A stretch of 64,000 nt of DNA from Podarcis cretensis (taxonomy: Eukaryota): positions 67,146,001 through 67,210,000 of the forward strand of contig OX638153.1 in assembly GCA_951804945.1 (NCBI GenBank). Reading direction: 5' to 3'. The notes under the pieces are model-generated. The model did not search any database. It had not been told where the DNA came from and was given only the letters and a program-made list of their open reading frames with translations. The translations under genes and the position numbers were made by a program. Positions 26,522-38,733 of this stretch are shown here, piece by piece; the stretch's first letter is position 1, and each line of letters opens with the position of its first letter.

Positions 26522-27150
26522 ATGGTTTTTTGTTTGTTTGTTTGTTTGTTCACAATTTGCACTGAGGATGAGCCCTAGCTTCATATGGAAGTCTTGCCTT
26601 CCTATTACACAAATGGGGCTGGGGTAGCCAATGTGATGTTCTCTAGATGTCGCTGGAATACAGTTCCCAGCAGCTCCAACATAGATGGCCAATGGTCAGG
26701 GATGATGGGAGTTGCACACTCCCCCAAGAGGAACAAGACCTTTGCCAGGGGCATTAGCCTTGCACAGGCCACTCGTTTTGCACCTCTGCTGCCATGGGGA
26801 AGATCTGCGGCCGAGTGACAGAGCAACAGCAGGTCCAGGGGGCTCTCGTTCGTGGGCCTACTTCTGACATGTGGGTCCTTGGTAGGTGCCTGACCATGCT
26901 GCCCCTTGGTGCTGGCTATAATGGTAGAGCTTGTAACTTGTTGACACTTCCTTAGTATCAAGGACTTGGCAATTTGAGGGTTTGCCCTGGGTAGCTCCTT
27001 AGTCCTTTAATTTCAGGGTCTTGGATGCTCTTTCTATCAAACAATTCCTCATTCCTGGTACCTATTCTTGGACCCAGAAACATTACACTGGCCCTCCTTG
27101 TTTGCACTTTGTTTACAGCACTTGACTGGTATAGTCACAAAAGTAAAGAT

Positions 27151-27330
27151 GGGCTGTGTACACAGCATAGATTTAAAGTAACCCCCTCCCCCCAAGAATC
27201 CTGGAAACTGTAATTTCCCACTTGCAGAGATAAAGTTCTCGGCACCCTTAACAGACTACAATTCTCAGGATTCTTGCTGGGAAGGGATGTGTTTTGCATG
27301 TGTTTTCAATGTATGATAGGTACACAGCCA
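27151..27330. mobile_element. Degenerate palindromic MITE
   Basis: Ends ggctgtgtac / gtacacagcc; internal caagaatcctggaaactgtaatt / acaattctcaggattcttg. A related half-copy sits at about 25350-25475. Confidence 0.55.
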
Positions 27331-29325
27331 TAGGATACTCCCGCTCAGTAAAGTGCTAATTTAGGACTAAAGGACACAACTAATTAATAAGTGTTAAAGT
27401 CATGATTGAAAACTAATTGCTGCACCACAAATGTGATAAAATCTGAGTTTTTCTAGGTAGACCTTTAAAAGGCTGTACAAATATAGAACAGCAGAATTCA
27501 AATCAGGAAGAGGAAGGCAGCACATTTAGAAAAAAACTCACTGTGGCAGAGGAACAAAAATAACTGGCACCTCTAGTGATATTTTTCCTATATCCCCTGC
27601 TCTTCTTTGTGCACATGGAACAAGTCAGAAACCATTATATAGTTTTGTTTGAACTCTATACAAATACTGAAGAGAATAGGGAGAATTTCTGACTCAGAAA
27701 TTGGATAGTCACAGCTTGAAATGTACATAAGTTACACAAAATGTTTTTCATGGAGAACATTGCAGATAGTAGCTTGAAACTCAAATGAATTAAATATATA
27801 TATAGAAATGTACTTCAAAATTGTCTAAGGGTTTGGGGTAGTTTCATTATTGATCTGTATCTTTCTAAAGCTTCTTGATAGACCATGAAGCATGTTTGAA
27901 ATTCTTTGTGTGAACAAATACATTTTGTTCTCTATTCATAGACTGTTTCGATTGAGATTCCCAATCATAGCTCCCTGCCCTTAAGATCTGAAACAAGATG
28001 AAAGCTAAACCTTGAGCTGACATTATCCACGCAACTTGAGGACAGATTTACTGCACTTTCTCCCTATATATAGTGGTGGCTGATAAGGGATTTAAATGGA
28101 CCTCTGCCATTTAAGAGGCTTCATACATTACACAACATCGAGAAACTGTGAGTGGCTCACAATTCCAATAGTCATACTTCCTGTGTGACTGCAAATGGCA
28201 CCACAACAAGGTAGGAAAAAGACACACATACACAATGAAAATTGGCAATGGTATGTGTCCATTTGTGCTTCCAACACCTTGAGTCTATAGACAACAGAGG
28301 TTTTAGAAGTGGGCTGTATTCTGGTGAAGTGAATTAACTCTGCATTTCCATCAAAGGAAGCCCAATCTCCAGCATTCTACTTTATTTTTTCCCATAAATT
28401 AAAAGCAGCTCTGCCAGAGCACTGTAAATTCCCTCCTCACAGAGATGCATCTGGCAACTTCGTTATGCAGTTTTTAATGAATGCTGAAGACGCACCTTTT
28501 AGTCCTGGCTTTTGAAACTTGAGATGTATATTTTTAGGACCCACACTATTTTTGTGATTGTAAGTTGTTTCACATTGTTTTTAACATTGTGTGTTAATTG
28601 CCCTACGTAATAAATTAGTACAAGCCAGAGGAGGAGCAGGAGCATGAACCAAACCTAATTTTTCCCACCCCTAGGACAGGCCCAGGAGCTGAGCAATTCC
28701 AGGCCAAAGATATCCTTAAACAGCAGTGGCTATAAAATATGGGTGTTATAGGGATGTTATACAGGGTTTGTCACACACTCTGGATGTAATCAGAAAACAA
28801 GGAGGTGACAGAGAGGAGGTGATGAGGTGATGGAATTGTCAGCAGCTACGGTGAAAGGTTGAAGAGGCAGGTGAAAGAGGTCAGATGGGAAAAGATAAGC
28901 AGAGATAATAAGAGAACAAATACGGGGTGCAGAAGATGGTTCATGTACAGAAAGCTTTATCAAGAGTGACAGAGAACTCTATTATCTTGCATAATAGCTT
29001 CTCCAGGGAAGTGGCAGGAGACCACTTCTCAAAATGTTTAAAGCTACACAGGACGCAGCAGAAACAGAAATGACTTGCTTTAGAAACCTACCAATGGTTT
29101 TTAAACGACAAGACGGTATCTGCATAATGAAGGAGACAAATCGCTTTCTTCAATTATCTCCACTTCTATTATCTGCCTATGATATCCAGAATAACATAGT
29201 GTTATGCGTTTCTTGCTTCCCAACTGGTGAGAGGTTCCAGGGGCAGCGCTACAAAGTTGTTTCCTTCGGATGAGAGAACATGGGATCTTGATTGTAACAA
29301 TTTGCTACATTGGAAGCCGTTTGAC

Positions 29326-29575
29326 CAGGAGTAGGCAACCTAAGGCCCGTGGGCCAGATGCAGCCCAATCGCCTTCTCAATCCGGCCTGCGGATGGTCTG
29401 GGAATCAGCGAGTTTTTACATGAGTAGAATGTGTGTGTTTTATTTAAAATGCATCTCTGGGTTATTTGTGGGGCATAGGAATTCGTTCTTTCCCCCCTAA
29501 AAATATAGTCCAGCCCACCACATGGTCTGAGGGACGGTGAACTGGCCCATGGCTGAAAAAGGTTGCTGACCCTTG
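29326..29575. mobile_element. hAT (Charlie/Buster-like) MITE
   Basis: TIRs caggagtaggcaacct / aggttgctgacccttg; ggccc subterminal motifs; TSD cgtttgac / tgtttgac. Confidence 0.8.
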
Positions 29576-29708
29576 TGTTTGACATTCCCATGGCAGGTAG
29601 CAAACTGAAATGAATTGGGCTCATTCGTTTAGTTTCCGATTTAGTTCTAAAACAAGCACACACTCCTCATACACACAAAAATTACTCCACGTTACATTGG
29701 TGCTAGAA

Positions 29709-29842
29709 TGGGGCAAGTGAACATGACGCCTTCCAGATGTTTTGGAATATAACTCCTTTCAGCCCCATCCTCAAGCCATTGACCGAGGATGATGGGAGTT
29801 GTAGTCCAAAACATGTGGAGGAATCAGTGCTGGTTACCACCG
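29709..29842. mobile_element. Degenerate palindromic hAT MITE
   Basis: Same core as 6312-6447; perfect 8-bp TSD tgctagaa. Confidence 0.7.
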
Positions 29843-31726
29843 TGCTAGAAGCACAGAATAAGGAAGACTGAACCGACAGATATATCATTCGGGGAGGTCA
29901 GCTTTAAAACCAGTTTCGCTTCATTTGACAAGTTCATTTAAGTGTGCTCCACAATATAAGCAACAACATATTTGGTATATTGAGCAGCAAATATAAACAT
30001 TGGCAACCAAGGAGTTAAGAAGGTCCAAAAGCAGCAAGAGAATTAGCTGTTGCTAAAACAATTTTATGGTCTTTTCCACTTGACTGGAGGCAGTTTGTAT
30101 GGCTGACTAGAATCTATTCAATGCTGTCAAACATCTAACACTCCCATAGCTAGGCGCCTTACAATGAATAACAAGCAGTCTAGCTGCCAATATGCTGGGG
30201 CTGCATTTTTCATCAGGGACTGGACCCTAACCCAGCAACACTCTAAATTCATTGTTTGATGCCTTGTTAATTTATGAGACCAACAATTTGCTGCAACAGA
30301 CAGAAGTGCCAACTGAAATTCACTGGCTTACAGCCAACTAGGCCATACTCAGAGTAGACCTACTAAAAACAATGGTCCGTTGACTTCAATGGGTCTACTC
30401 CAAGTAGAACAAACACTGGTGTGTGTTATTTATATTATTTCCTTCTATTTTTGGGCCCACCATTCATTGTAAACAAGCCCAGCATTGGTTATAATGTAAA
30501 ATCAACAGAAAACAAATTAACGACACAAAATACATTCTCTAAATAGAATCAAAACACTTTTAAACATCAGATAAAAATTTATTCAGACATAATTATGCAG
30601 CAGCTGGGAGACACTATAGCAAGCCACAGCAAAAATCCCCTACGCAGAATCCATTAGATACTCTAAACTTTCTGTTTGCATTTCGTTTGCCACTTGGCAG
30701 GCTGGAAAGGGATGGGGGGGTGGGTAGTGCACTACATGTTCCTGGGAAACCTGGTGCTAAATCATCAGGTAAGAGCACCAGGAAGGAAGCACTCAGCCAC
30801 CCATGTGATATAGGTCTTTTTGTTTTGGGGAATATTTATTTTGACAATCAAGTGACTTAAGGTCCAAGGGCAACACTGCTTCCTGTGTCCTGAATGGAGC
30901 CAGAAGGTAATAGTTTACCAGCCAAGACGATTTCCAGTGCATGCTGGGAATCCCCATCGGCAGGAGGAAAAGTATCTTTAATGGACTGGCCCTGCAGCAA
31001 GCCTTCGACCAACATCCCTGGATTTTCTCAGCGCAGGGCTAGCCAAGGGAAAAAATGGCACATGGCCAAAGAATGCAACTGAAACACTCCAAGGAGAATG
31101 CATGCTGGAGTTCCATTGCTAGCATATAATTCATTAAAACTATTATTTTCTCTAGCTGCAAATTCATGATGGATTGCGCTATTTTATTTGTAGCACCTCA
31201 AGAGTGATTGGCTACTACACTACTTGCTGACAGCACATGGTGATTATCTGAACTGTGTGAGCTTCGGGGAAAGAAGCGACTAAGCTTTGTTCTCAGCGTT
31301 CTCCCAAAGTGTCCAGGAGTACTTTACAACGCTGTTCGGCCCACTTAATAAAGCTGTTCATTACCAGCTGGCAAGTACTGTAAATTCACTCTAAACAAAG
31401 TTACGTTCTTCACAGGGTGGCTATTTCCGTTTCAGATTTGGAAGATTTGCTACACATTAGTCTAAGGTTGTATGACCTGTCTGAAATTTCCAAGTTCTCG
31501 AGCTATTCACCTCAGGATGTAGCAACTGACAATGCAATTTTGCTCTTGGAATTGCATCTTCGATTCTAGGTGCTCTCAAGAAACCACCTGAATTACCATC
31601 CTAGTCAGAACTGAGACTCTGAAAAACTCAGATTACCTTGTTTCTGGGAAAGATGTGCAGGGCAGTGGACAGGGTCCTTGATTCACATGGAGGAAAGCCT
31701 GCTTAAGTCCTTGCTCAGTCATAAAC

Positions 31727-31887
31727 CAGGCATGTCCAAAGTCTGTTTTGGGGGGCCTAATCCGGCCCCTGTGGCAGGGGTAAAATCCTAAAAAAAACAC
31801 CTCAACAACTTCAATCCTTTGGTCGGCCCTCATGACCCTTCACTTCATCAAATCTGGCCCTCTTTGAAAAAAGTTTGGACACCACTG
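31727..31887. mobile_element. hAT MITE
   Basis: TIRs caggcatgtccaaa / tttggacaccactg; TSD tcataaac / gcataaac. Confidence 0.78.
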
Positions 31888-31985
31888 GCATAAACCATTT
31901 TTTGGTGGTCTTGGGCAAATAAATGTTAACCAAATCTATATCATAGGGTTGTTGTGTAGATGCCCATGCATCTTTAAGTGCTAAA

Positions 31986-32126
31986 AAGGGGGTGACTAAC
32001 CTGTAGCTCTTCAGACATTGCTGGACCACAACTCTTATTATCCTAATTAATTGTCATAATGGCCATGCTGGCTGATGGGAGATATTGCTGAACAACACCT
32101 GGAATGCCACAGGTTACCTACCTCTG
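31986..32126. mobile_element. Degenerate palindromic hAT MITE
   Basis: Same core as 6312-6447; tgctaaa flanks on both sides. Confidence 0.6.
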
Positions 32127-34494
32127 TGCTAAATAAATAAAGCTGAACTACTGATCAGTCTCAGACAGGTTTGGTGGATATCTACATTTGTCAAGCTCAA
32201 GCTTAGGACTTAGGCTGGGTCTCAAGCCCATTCAGCTCAGTCACGTGACCCAGCAACCCAGTGTAAGTTAAGGCGGCAAAAAGGGTGGTGAAACATTTAT
32301 TCTAAAGGCTTGTTTTCCTTCAGCCAGGCTTAGGCTGGTTCAGATAGCTGTAACCCTCCTCCTGAATGGAGTTTGTATCTGGAGTAATTTACGCTATCTT
32401 AACTTAAACTGGAATAATTTATGCTGGCTTCCCCTATTTAGGATTGTTGACGTATACTTTTTTAAAAATGCTGATAGATGCCTAACCAACATTTCTTGGC
32501 ACACCTCAAAAGAAGGCAACCTTCTGAAGCAGCTCCTTTGAAAGGGAAAGGAAAGAAGAACCTAGAAAAGGGATGGGACCTCTTCTTCTCCAGATGTTGT
32601 GTATCAGGACTGATAGTAATGACCCAATGCCACCTGGAAGAACAAAAGGTCCACATCCCTGACATAAGGAGTTCAGAATCATGGCAGAGGTGAGATTGCT
32701 CCTGCTGACTCACAAAACTGCACCAGGCCTCCTAATGCTGACCATCCCTACATTCATTTGGTTATGCAAGCATTTTGTTCTCACATCCAGTTATCTTCAT
32801 TGGTGGCAATGGTAGGACCTGGAAGAAGGCCTTGTTATGGTTTTGACTTGATTCCTGCAGTCCTCTTCTGCTGTCTGCTAACGCTACTGTCAGGTACGAA
32901 GAATATTAGAGGATAAAGATAGGGAGAAATATTATCATCTGTGCTTTTTTTGTGTGATGGTAGTCTTTCTTTTCTTTCCATGGTAGCCATTTTGTGCTGG
33001 CACCCATGACACTTTTATCAAGATATGAATACCAGCAGCTGAGTTTTTATAAAGAAAAATGCACTGATTTATAATAGTATAATATTTCATTAAAAAAGAC
33101 ACTCTGCATTGCATAATAAATATAATCTATCTTACTTAATATCTTACTTAATTTTGAGTACTGTATCTCCTTAAGCTTCAAGAAATCCAAGCAAAGAATT
33201 ACTATTCATACCACTTCTTAAAATTAACATATTTTAATAAAATGACTGAAAAGTCCATCTACTATATTATTTCTCCCTGCTGTAATTGGATGCAATATAT
33301 TATTGATAATTTTGAATTGCTAGCCCGTCAGATGCCAAAGTATAGCAGACGTCTCCAGTGCAATTAATTTTTATTTTGTATATTTGTCAAGATCAATACT
33401 TATGGCTTGGCTTTCATTCTCGCAAAGTCATCTTAATCCCACTCTGCAAGGGTGTAATTTACTTTCTGTCCAGAGCTGATCGGCAGAGCCAAGCTATAAT
33501 GAAGCCTCTGAACAAATGAACATGGAAATCTTGAAGGGATAATGGGACTTTCTTGGAGGCTAGTCTTTCAGTGAATTCATGGAGGAGGGAATTGGAATGC
33601 CCTGCTCTCAGACTTTATGAATTTAACTGAAGGCGGAGTCAGGGCCGAGATACATTCAACTATATAAGCATAACATGTGTGGCGCCTGTAAGGATCACTG
33701 AGGACTTTGTTTTTTGCAGGGTCTTCTATATATGGCTATAACTTCTGCATATACACCATACAACTGGTATGAGTATAGGCTCTATTCAGATCTTTGCCTG
33801 GACTAATTAGAGCTGAGCTAAAATTAGCTGGAAGACAATTTTCTGAGAATATTACTTAGATTTTTCTCACCTCACCATAGAAAATGCTACTTTGCAAATT
33901 CTTCTCCAAATATTGTCCAACTTTTGGGAGAGTGGCGGCAGCAGCTGCCATTTCCCAACTAGAGGATTGTGGGAAATTGTGGCCAGTCCGCCAACACAGT
34001 TTCAGCCACAGTTTCAGTGGATGGGGATGGTGGGGGCTTAGGAAAGAAAGAAAGAGCAACTGCCATTCCTAATAGTGAGCCCCAGCCCTGAGAAACTGTT
34101 GGGAGAACTTCTACTCCTCCTGGAGAAATGTAATCCAAAGTCACACACACACCAAATTCTTTCAAATTGGGTGGGTTTTGATAGGCCATTTCAGCACACC
34201 TCTAGAACATATGGAAGTTATGAGCTGGGCAAGAGATAGGGATGCTTGAAGAACTTTATCTTTGCAATTCTAAGTGAGGTCATCCTTACCTCCCAGACTA
34301 ATGCACAGATCGTATCTTCCCAAACATAAATAAATCAAAAGACACTTTGAAAAGTGTATTTTGACAGAAAGTATTTTAATCATATATACTTAAACAGCGC
34401 TTTTCTGCAGTCGTGAGGATTTAACACATTGGGAGACAGAGTGTGAAAATGGACAGAATGCATGTAACATGTGCAAAAGTGACATAGAGTGGAA

Positions 34495-34765
34495 AGAAGA
34501 ACCTAAGAAGAGACTACTAGATCAGGCCAAGGCCCATCTAGTTTAGCATCCTGTTCCCACAGTGGCCAACCAGATGTCTGTGGGAAACCAGGAAGCCAAA
34601 TGCAAGCCCAAGAGCACTCTACCCTCCAGTGGCGTTGAGCAGCTGATATTCAGGAACATTATAGGCTCCAACAGTGGAGGCAGAGCACAGCCACCATGGC
34701 TAGCAGCCATTGATAACCTCATTCCCCATGAATATAATGATTTGCCAATCTTTCATCCAAGATAG
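34495..34765 (-). mobile_element. CR1 LINE 3' end
   Basis: aagaacctaagaagag...agatcaggccaaggcccatctagtttagcatcctgttcccacagtggccaaccagatg is the reverse of a typical squamate CR1 3' terminus. Confidence 0.7.
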
Positions 34766-34951
34766 TGAGTGTAATCCCAGTCAGTTTCCCTCAGAGTGAT
34801 TTCTGAATATCTTAAAGCAATGGTTAGGTACACATATCCTTAACATCAATAACCCCAAATCAAATGAATATACAGAATATTATGTTTAATGTCAGAAATC
34901 CTAGTCAGTTTTAGTGACAGTTCATTTAGATGATTAAAAGCATTGTCTTAA

Positions 34952-35950
34952 GACTTCCGGAGGCAGCGCGAACGGCAATGGCGGTCCTTTTCCTTTAGTG
35001 AAAGGGAGCTCTGTGGAGATCGGGTCTTCCGCTACGGCGAAGCGGAGACCCGCGTCTGAAACCCACAGGCAGCAAGAGCCTGTGGTCCTGGGACTCGGCG
35101 GGCACCAGGAGCGACCCTCAAAACGTTGAAGAGACCCCGTAAGGAGCCTCGGATCGTGGAGGGGGTTGCGGCACTGTGAGTCGATCGCTACTCTGCAGAG
35201 TGAAGCCGCGCAGCTGCTGCTGGTGAGCGCTGACCTTTTTTCCTTGAAACGTTCGGAACTGAAAAGCAACAACCCGTGAGTAAGGCAGGACTTTTTAAAA
35301 CTGGAGTCTAAATTAATGGAAATTTGGCTGAAAGCGGAGAGATGTTAAAAGGAAGTCCGTCTTCCGCTGCTATTTAAATTTCAAAGCAAAAAGAGCTGGA
35401 GGAGTGGAGCCACTGTAGAGGTTTTTTAAACCATCTGATTTGAGCACCCACTGAAGCTGCTTTGAGACAAAGTAAAGATTTAAATTAATTACTGGATTTA
35501 ACCTTTACTTGGACTGTGATAATCTTCTGCTATGGGAACTATAGATTTTGACTGAGAAGCCCAGGTACTTGAGCTGCCTGAACAGTAAAACTGTCAGTTT
35601 GCAGACTTGGCTATTGTGGATTTGGACTTGCAACATTTAGAGCATTTTAAGACTTGCTACTTTGAAACACCAGTTGACACTTGTCAGAAACAATGTTTTG
35701 CTGTCAATTCTAACTCTGCTAAGCATTAGCTACTGAAGGTCTATGGACATTAAATTTGACTTTATTGATTTTATTTGATTTGACTTCTTCTCTCAAGACA
35801 TTGCAAGCTCCCTCTAGAGGATTCTGGACTTACAGCAGTGACATTATTCTACTTTCTCTTTCCTTTCCTCCTATACGATTGTTTACTCTTGGGCTGTGGA
35901 ATTCTCATGGGAACAACTCAGCTTGACCTTGACTGTTAGATAAAGTTGGA
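34952..35950 (+). promoter_or_regulatory. L1 5' UTR / internal promoter
   Basis: Starts GACTTCCGG (ETS-like) followed by ATGGCGG (YY1-like). The first ~320 bp are CpG-dense. About 1 kb long and directly upstream of an L1 ORF1. Confidence 0.72.
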
Positions 35951-36646
35951 ATGAGTGGCACAAGAAAAAAGGGAGTAAGAACTAGACAAACAACTTTAAC
36001 CTCAGCATTACAGACACGTAGATCATCTGTACCTACTCTGCCGGTAGCAGGGGAGGAAGAAATTGTATCTACTCTGCCGTTGGCAGGGGAAGAAGAAGAA
36101 ACTGAGCAGTTACAGTTGGAAGATATGGCCTCAGGAGCAACTGCTTCAATTCTAGAGAAAATTTATGAAAAATTGGAATCCTTGGATAAAAGAGTAGAAT
36201 CTCTGGACAAGAAAGCGGATGAACAAACAGCTAAAATTGATCAAAATACAGCTTGTCTAAACAGAATAACTGGACAGGTGGCACAGAACATACAAGCAAT
36301 TGGGCAGTTAACTGAGGCCTCTGAAGAGAATCGTAAATTGGCTGAGGCTACCAGTCAAAAAGTTGAAAAATTAGAACAAGAGGTAAAACCATTATGTAAA
36401 CAAGTTGGAGAACATCAGATGTATTTGTCTATGATAGAACTGCGGAACCGGGAAAATAATTTAAGATTAAGGTCAATACCAGAAGCTGAAGAAGAAAACC
36501 TAGCTGAGTTCCTGACCAAAGAATTTTCCAAGTTCTGGTCTATACAGGAAGAAAAGGATTTTAAAATTGTATCGGCTTTCAGACTTGGAAGATTTGCAAA
36601 GAAAGATAAGCCCAGAGATTGCTTGATAACTTTGAGATCGAGGGAT
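35951..36646 (+). mobile_element. L1 ORF1p (coiled coil + RRM), C-terminally truncated
   Basis: Heptad-rich coiled coil, then ELRNRENNLRLRSIPE (the ENRxRRNNLRIxGIPE motif of L1 ORF1), then AFRLG...PRDCLI. Breaks off at about 36646 into L2 sequence; the ORF reads through to a stop at 36688. Confidence 0.85.
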
Positions 36647-38733
36647 TGCATGGAGCCCGGACAGCCCCGTGGTTTTCCACGGATCTGAGGGCAATGAAAC
36701 AATCGTTGAGACGGCTAGAGCGCCGGTGGCGGATAACTCATTCCGAATCTGACCAGACACAGGTTAGAGCTCAACGTCGAGCCTACCAAGTGGCAATAGC
36801 AACGGTGAAGAAGACTTTCTTCGCCACCTCTATTGCATCTGCAGAAAACAGCAGCAGGAGACTTTTTCAGGTGGTTCACAATTTAGCGGAACCACCTGCG
36901 ACATCTGGGCCCAGTACGGGCCACATGATCTCCTGCAATGATTTTGCAAAGTTTTTTGCAGATAAAATCGCTCAGATTCGGGAAGAAGTAGACTCCACCG
37001 TGGGAGCAGGGCCAGGGCGGGAGAGTGCTAGAGTCCTGTCTAGTCAAATTGTGTGGGATCAATTCCAATCTGTTACCTCCGAGGATGTGGACAGGCTGCT
37101 TGGACGAGTGAAGCCAACCACCTGTCTCCTGGATCCTTGCCCATCCTGGCTTATAAAAGCTAGCCGGGAAGAACTGGGCGATGGGCTTCGTGGGGTGGTG
37201 AATGCTTCCCTCCGTGAGGGAGCCTTCCCAGACCCGCTGAAAGAGGCGGTTATTAAACCGCTTCTTAAAAAACCATCTTTAGATGCGGCCACGATGGCCA
37301 ATTATCGCCCAGTCTCAAATCTTCCATTCTTGGGCAAGGTGATTGAGCGAGTGGTTGCTGAACAACTCCAGGCACGCCTGGAAGAAGCGGACCATTTGGA
37401 TCCCTTCCAGTCAGGATTCAGGCCTCATCATGGAACTGAAACTGCCTTGGTCGCACTGGTTGATGATCTCCGGCGGGCTAGGGACAAAGGTGAGAGCTGT
37501 TTCCTAGTTCTGCTGGATCTCTCAGCAGCGTTTGATACCATCGACCATAACATCCTTCTGGACCGTCTTGAGGGGCTGGGAGCTGGGGGCACTGTCATAC
37601 AGTGGTTCTGCTCCTTCCTCCTGGGCCGTGTTCAGAAAGTGGTGGGTGTTCAGACCCCTGGGCTTTCACTTGTGGGGTGCCTCAGGGTTCTGTCCTCTCC
37701 CCCATGCTTTTCAACATTTACATGCAGCCACTGGGAGAGACCATCAGGAGGTTTGGGCTGGGTGTTCATCAGTATGCGGATGATACCCAGCTCTACCTCT
37801 CTTTTAAATCAGAACCAGTGAAGGCGGTGAAGGTCCTGTGTGAGTGTCTGGAGGCGGTTGGAGGATGGATGGTGGCTAACAGATTGAGGTTGAATCCTGA
37901 CAAGACAGAAGTACTGTTTTTGGGGGACAGGAGGCGGGCAGGTGTGGAGGATTCCCTGGTCCTGAATGGGGTAACTGTGCCCCTGAAGGACCAGGTGCGC
38001 AGCCTGGGAGTCATTTTGGACTCACAGCTGTCCATGGAGGCACAGGTCAAATCTGTATCCAGGGCAGCTGTTTACCAGCTTCATCTGGTACGTAGGCTGA
38101 GACCCTATCTGCCTGCAGACTGTCTCGCCAGAGTGGTGCATGCTCTGGTTATCTCCCGCTTGGACTACTGCAATGCGCTCTACGTGGGGCTACCTTTGAA
38201 GGTGACCCGGAAACTACAACTAATCCAGAATGCGGCAGCTAGACTGGTGACTGGGAGCAGCCGCCAAGACCATATAACACTGGTCTTGAAAGACCTACAT
38301 TGGCTCCCAGTACGTTTCCAAGCACAATTCAAAGTGTTGGTGCTGACCTTTAAAGCCCTAAACGGCCTCGGTCCAGTATACCTGAAGGAGCGTCTCCACC
38401 CCCATCGTTCTGCCCGGACACTGAGGTCCAGCTCCGAGGGCCTTCTGGCGGTTCCCTCACTGCGAGAGGCCAAGTTACAGGGAACCAGGCAGAGGGCCTT
38501 CTCGGTAGTGGCGCCCGCCCTGTGGAACGCCCTCCCATCAGATGTCAAAGCGATAAACAACTACCTGACATTCAGAAGACATCTGAAGGCAGCCCTGTTC
38601 AGGGAAGTTTTTAATATGTGACATTTTAGTGTATTTTTCATCTTTGTTGGAAGCCGCCCAGAGTGGTGGGGTAAACCCAGCCAGATGGGCGGGGTACAAA
38701 TAAATAATAATAATAATAATAATAATAATAATT
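36647..38733 (+). mobile_element. 5'-truncated L2 LINE (family A): RT domain to 3' tail, one frameshift
   Basis: ORF 36619-37821 has APWF, NYRPVSNLPFLGKVIE, QSGFR..HGTETAL and LLDLSAAFDTIDH. After a frameshift near 37645, ORF 37602-38621 has GVPQGSVLSP, YADD, RLDYCN and LHWLPV. (TAA)n tail; no endonuclease domain. Confidence 0.92.

Noticed and set aside
36883-38560. Several antisense ORFs over the L2
   Set aside because: Shadow frames of a GC-rich coding sequence, with no independent motifs.
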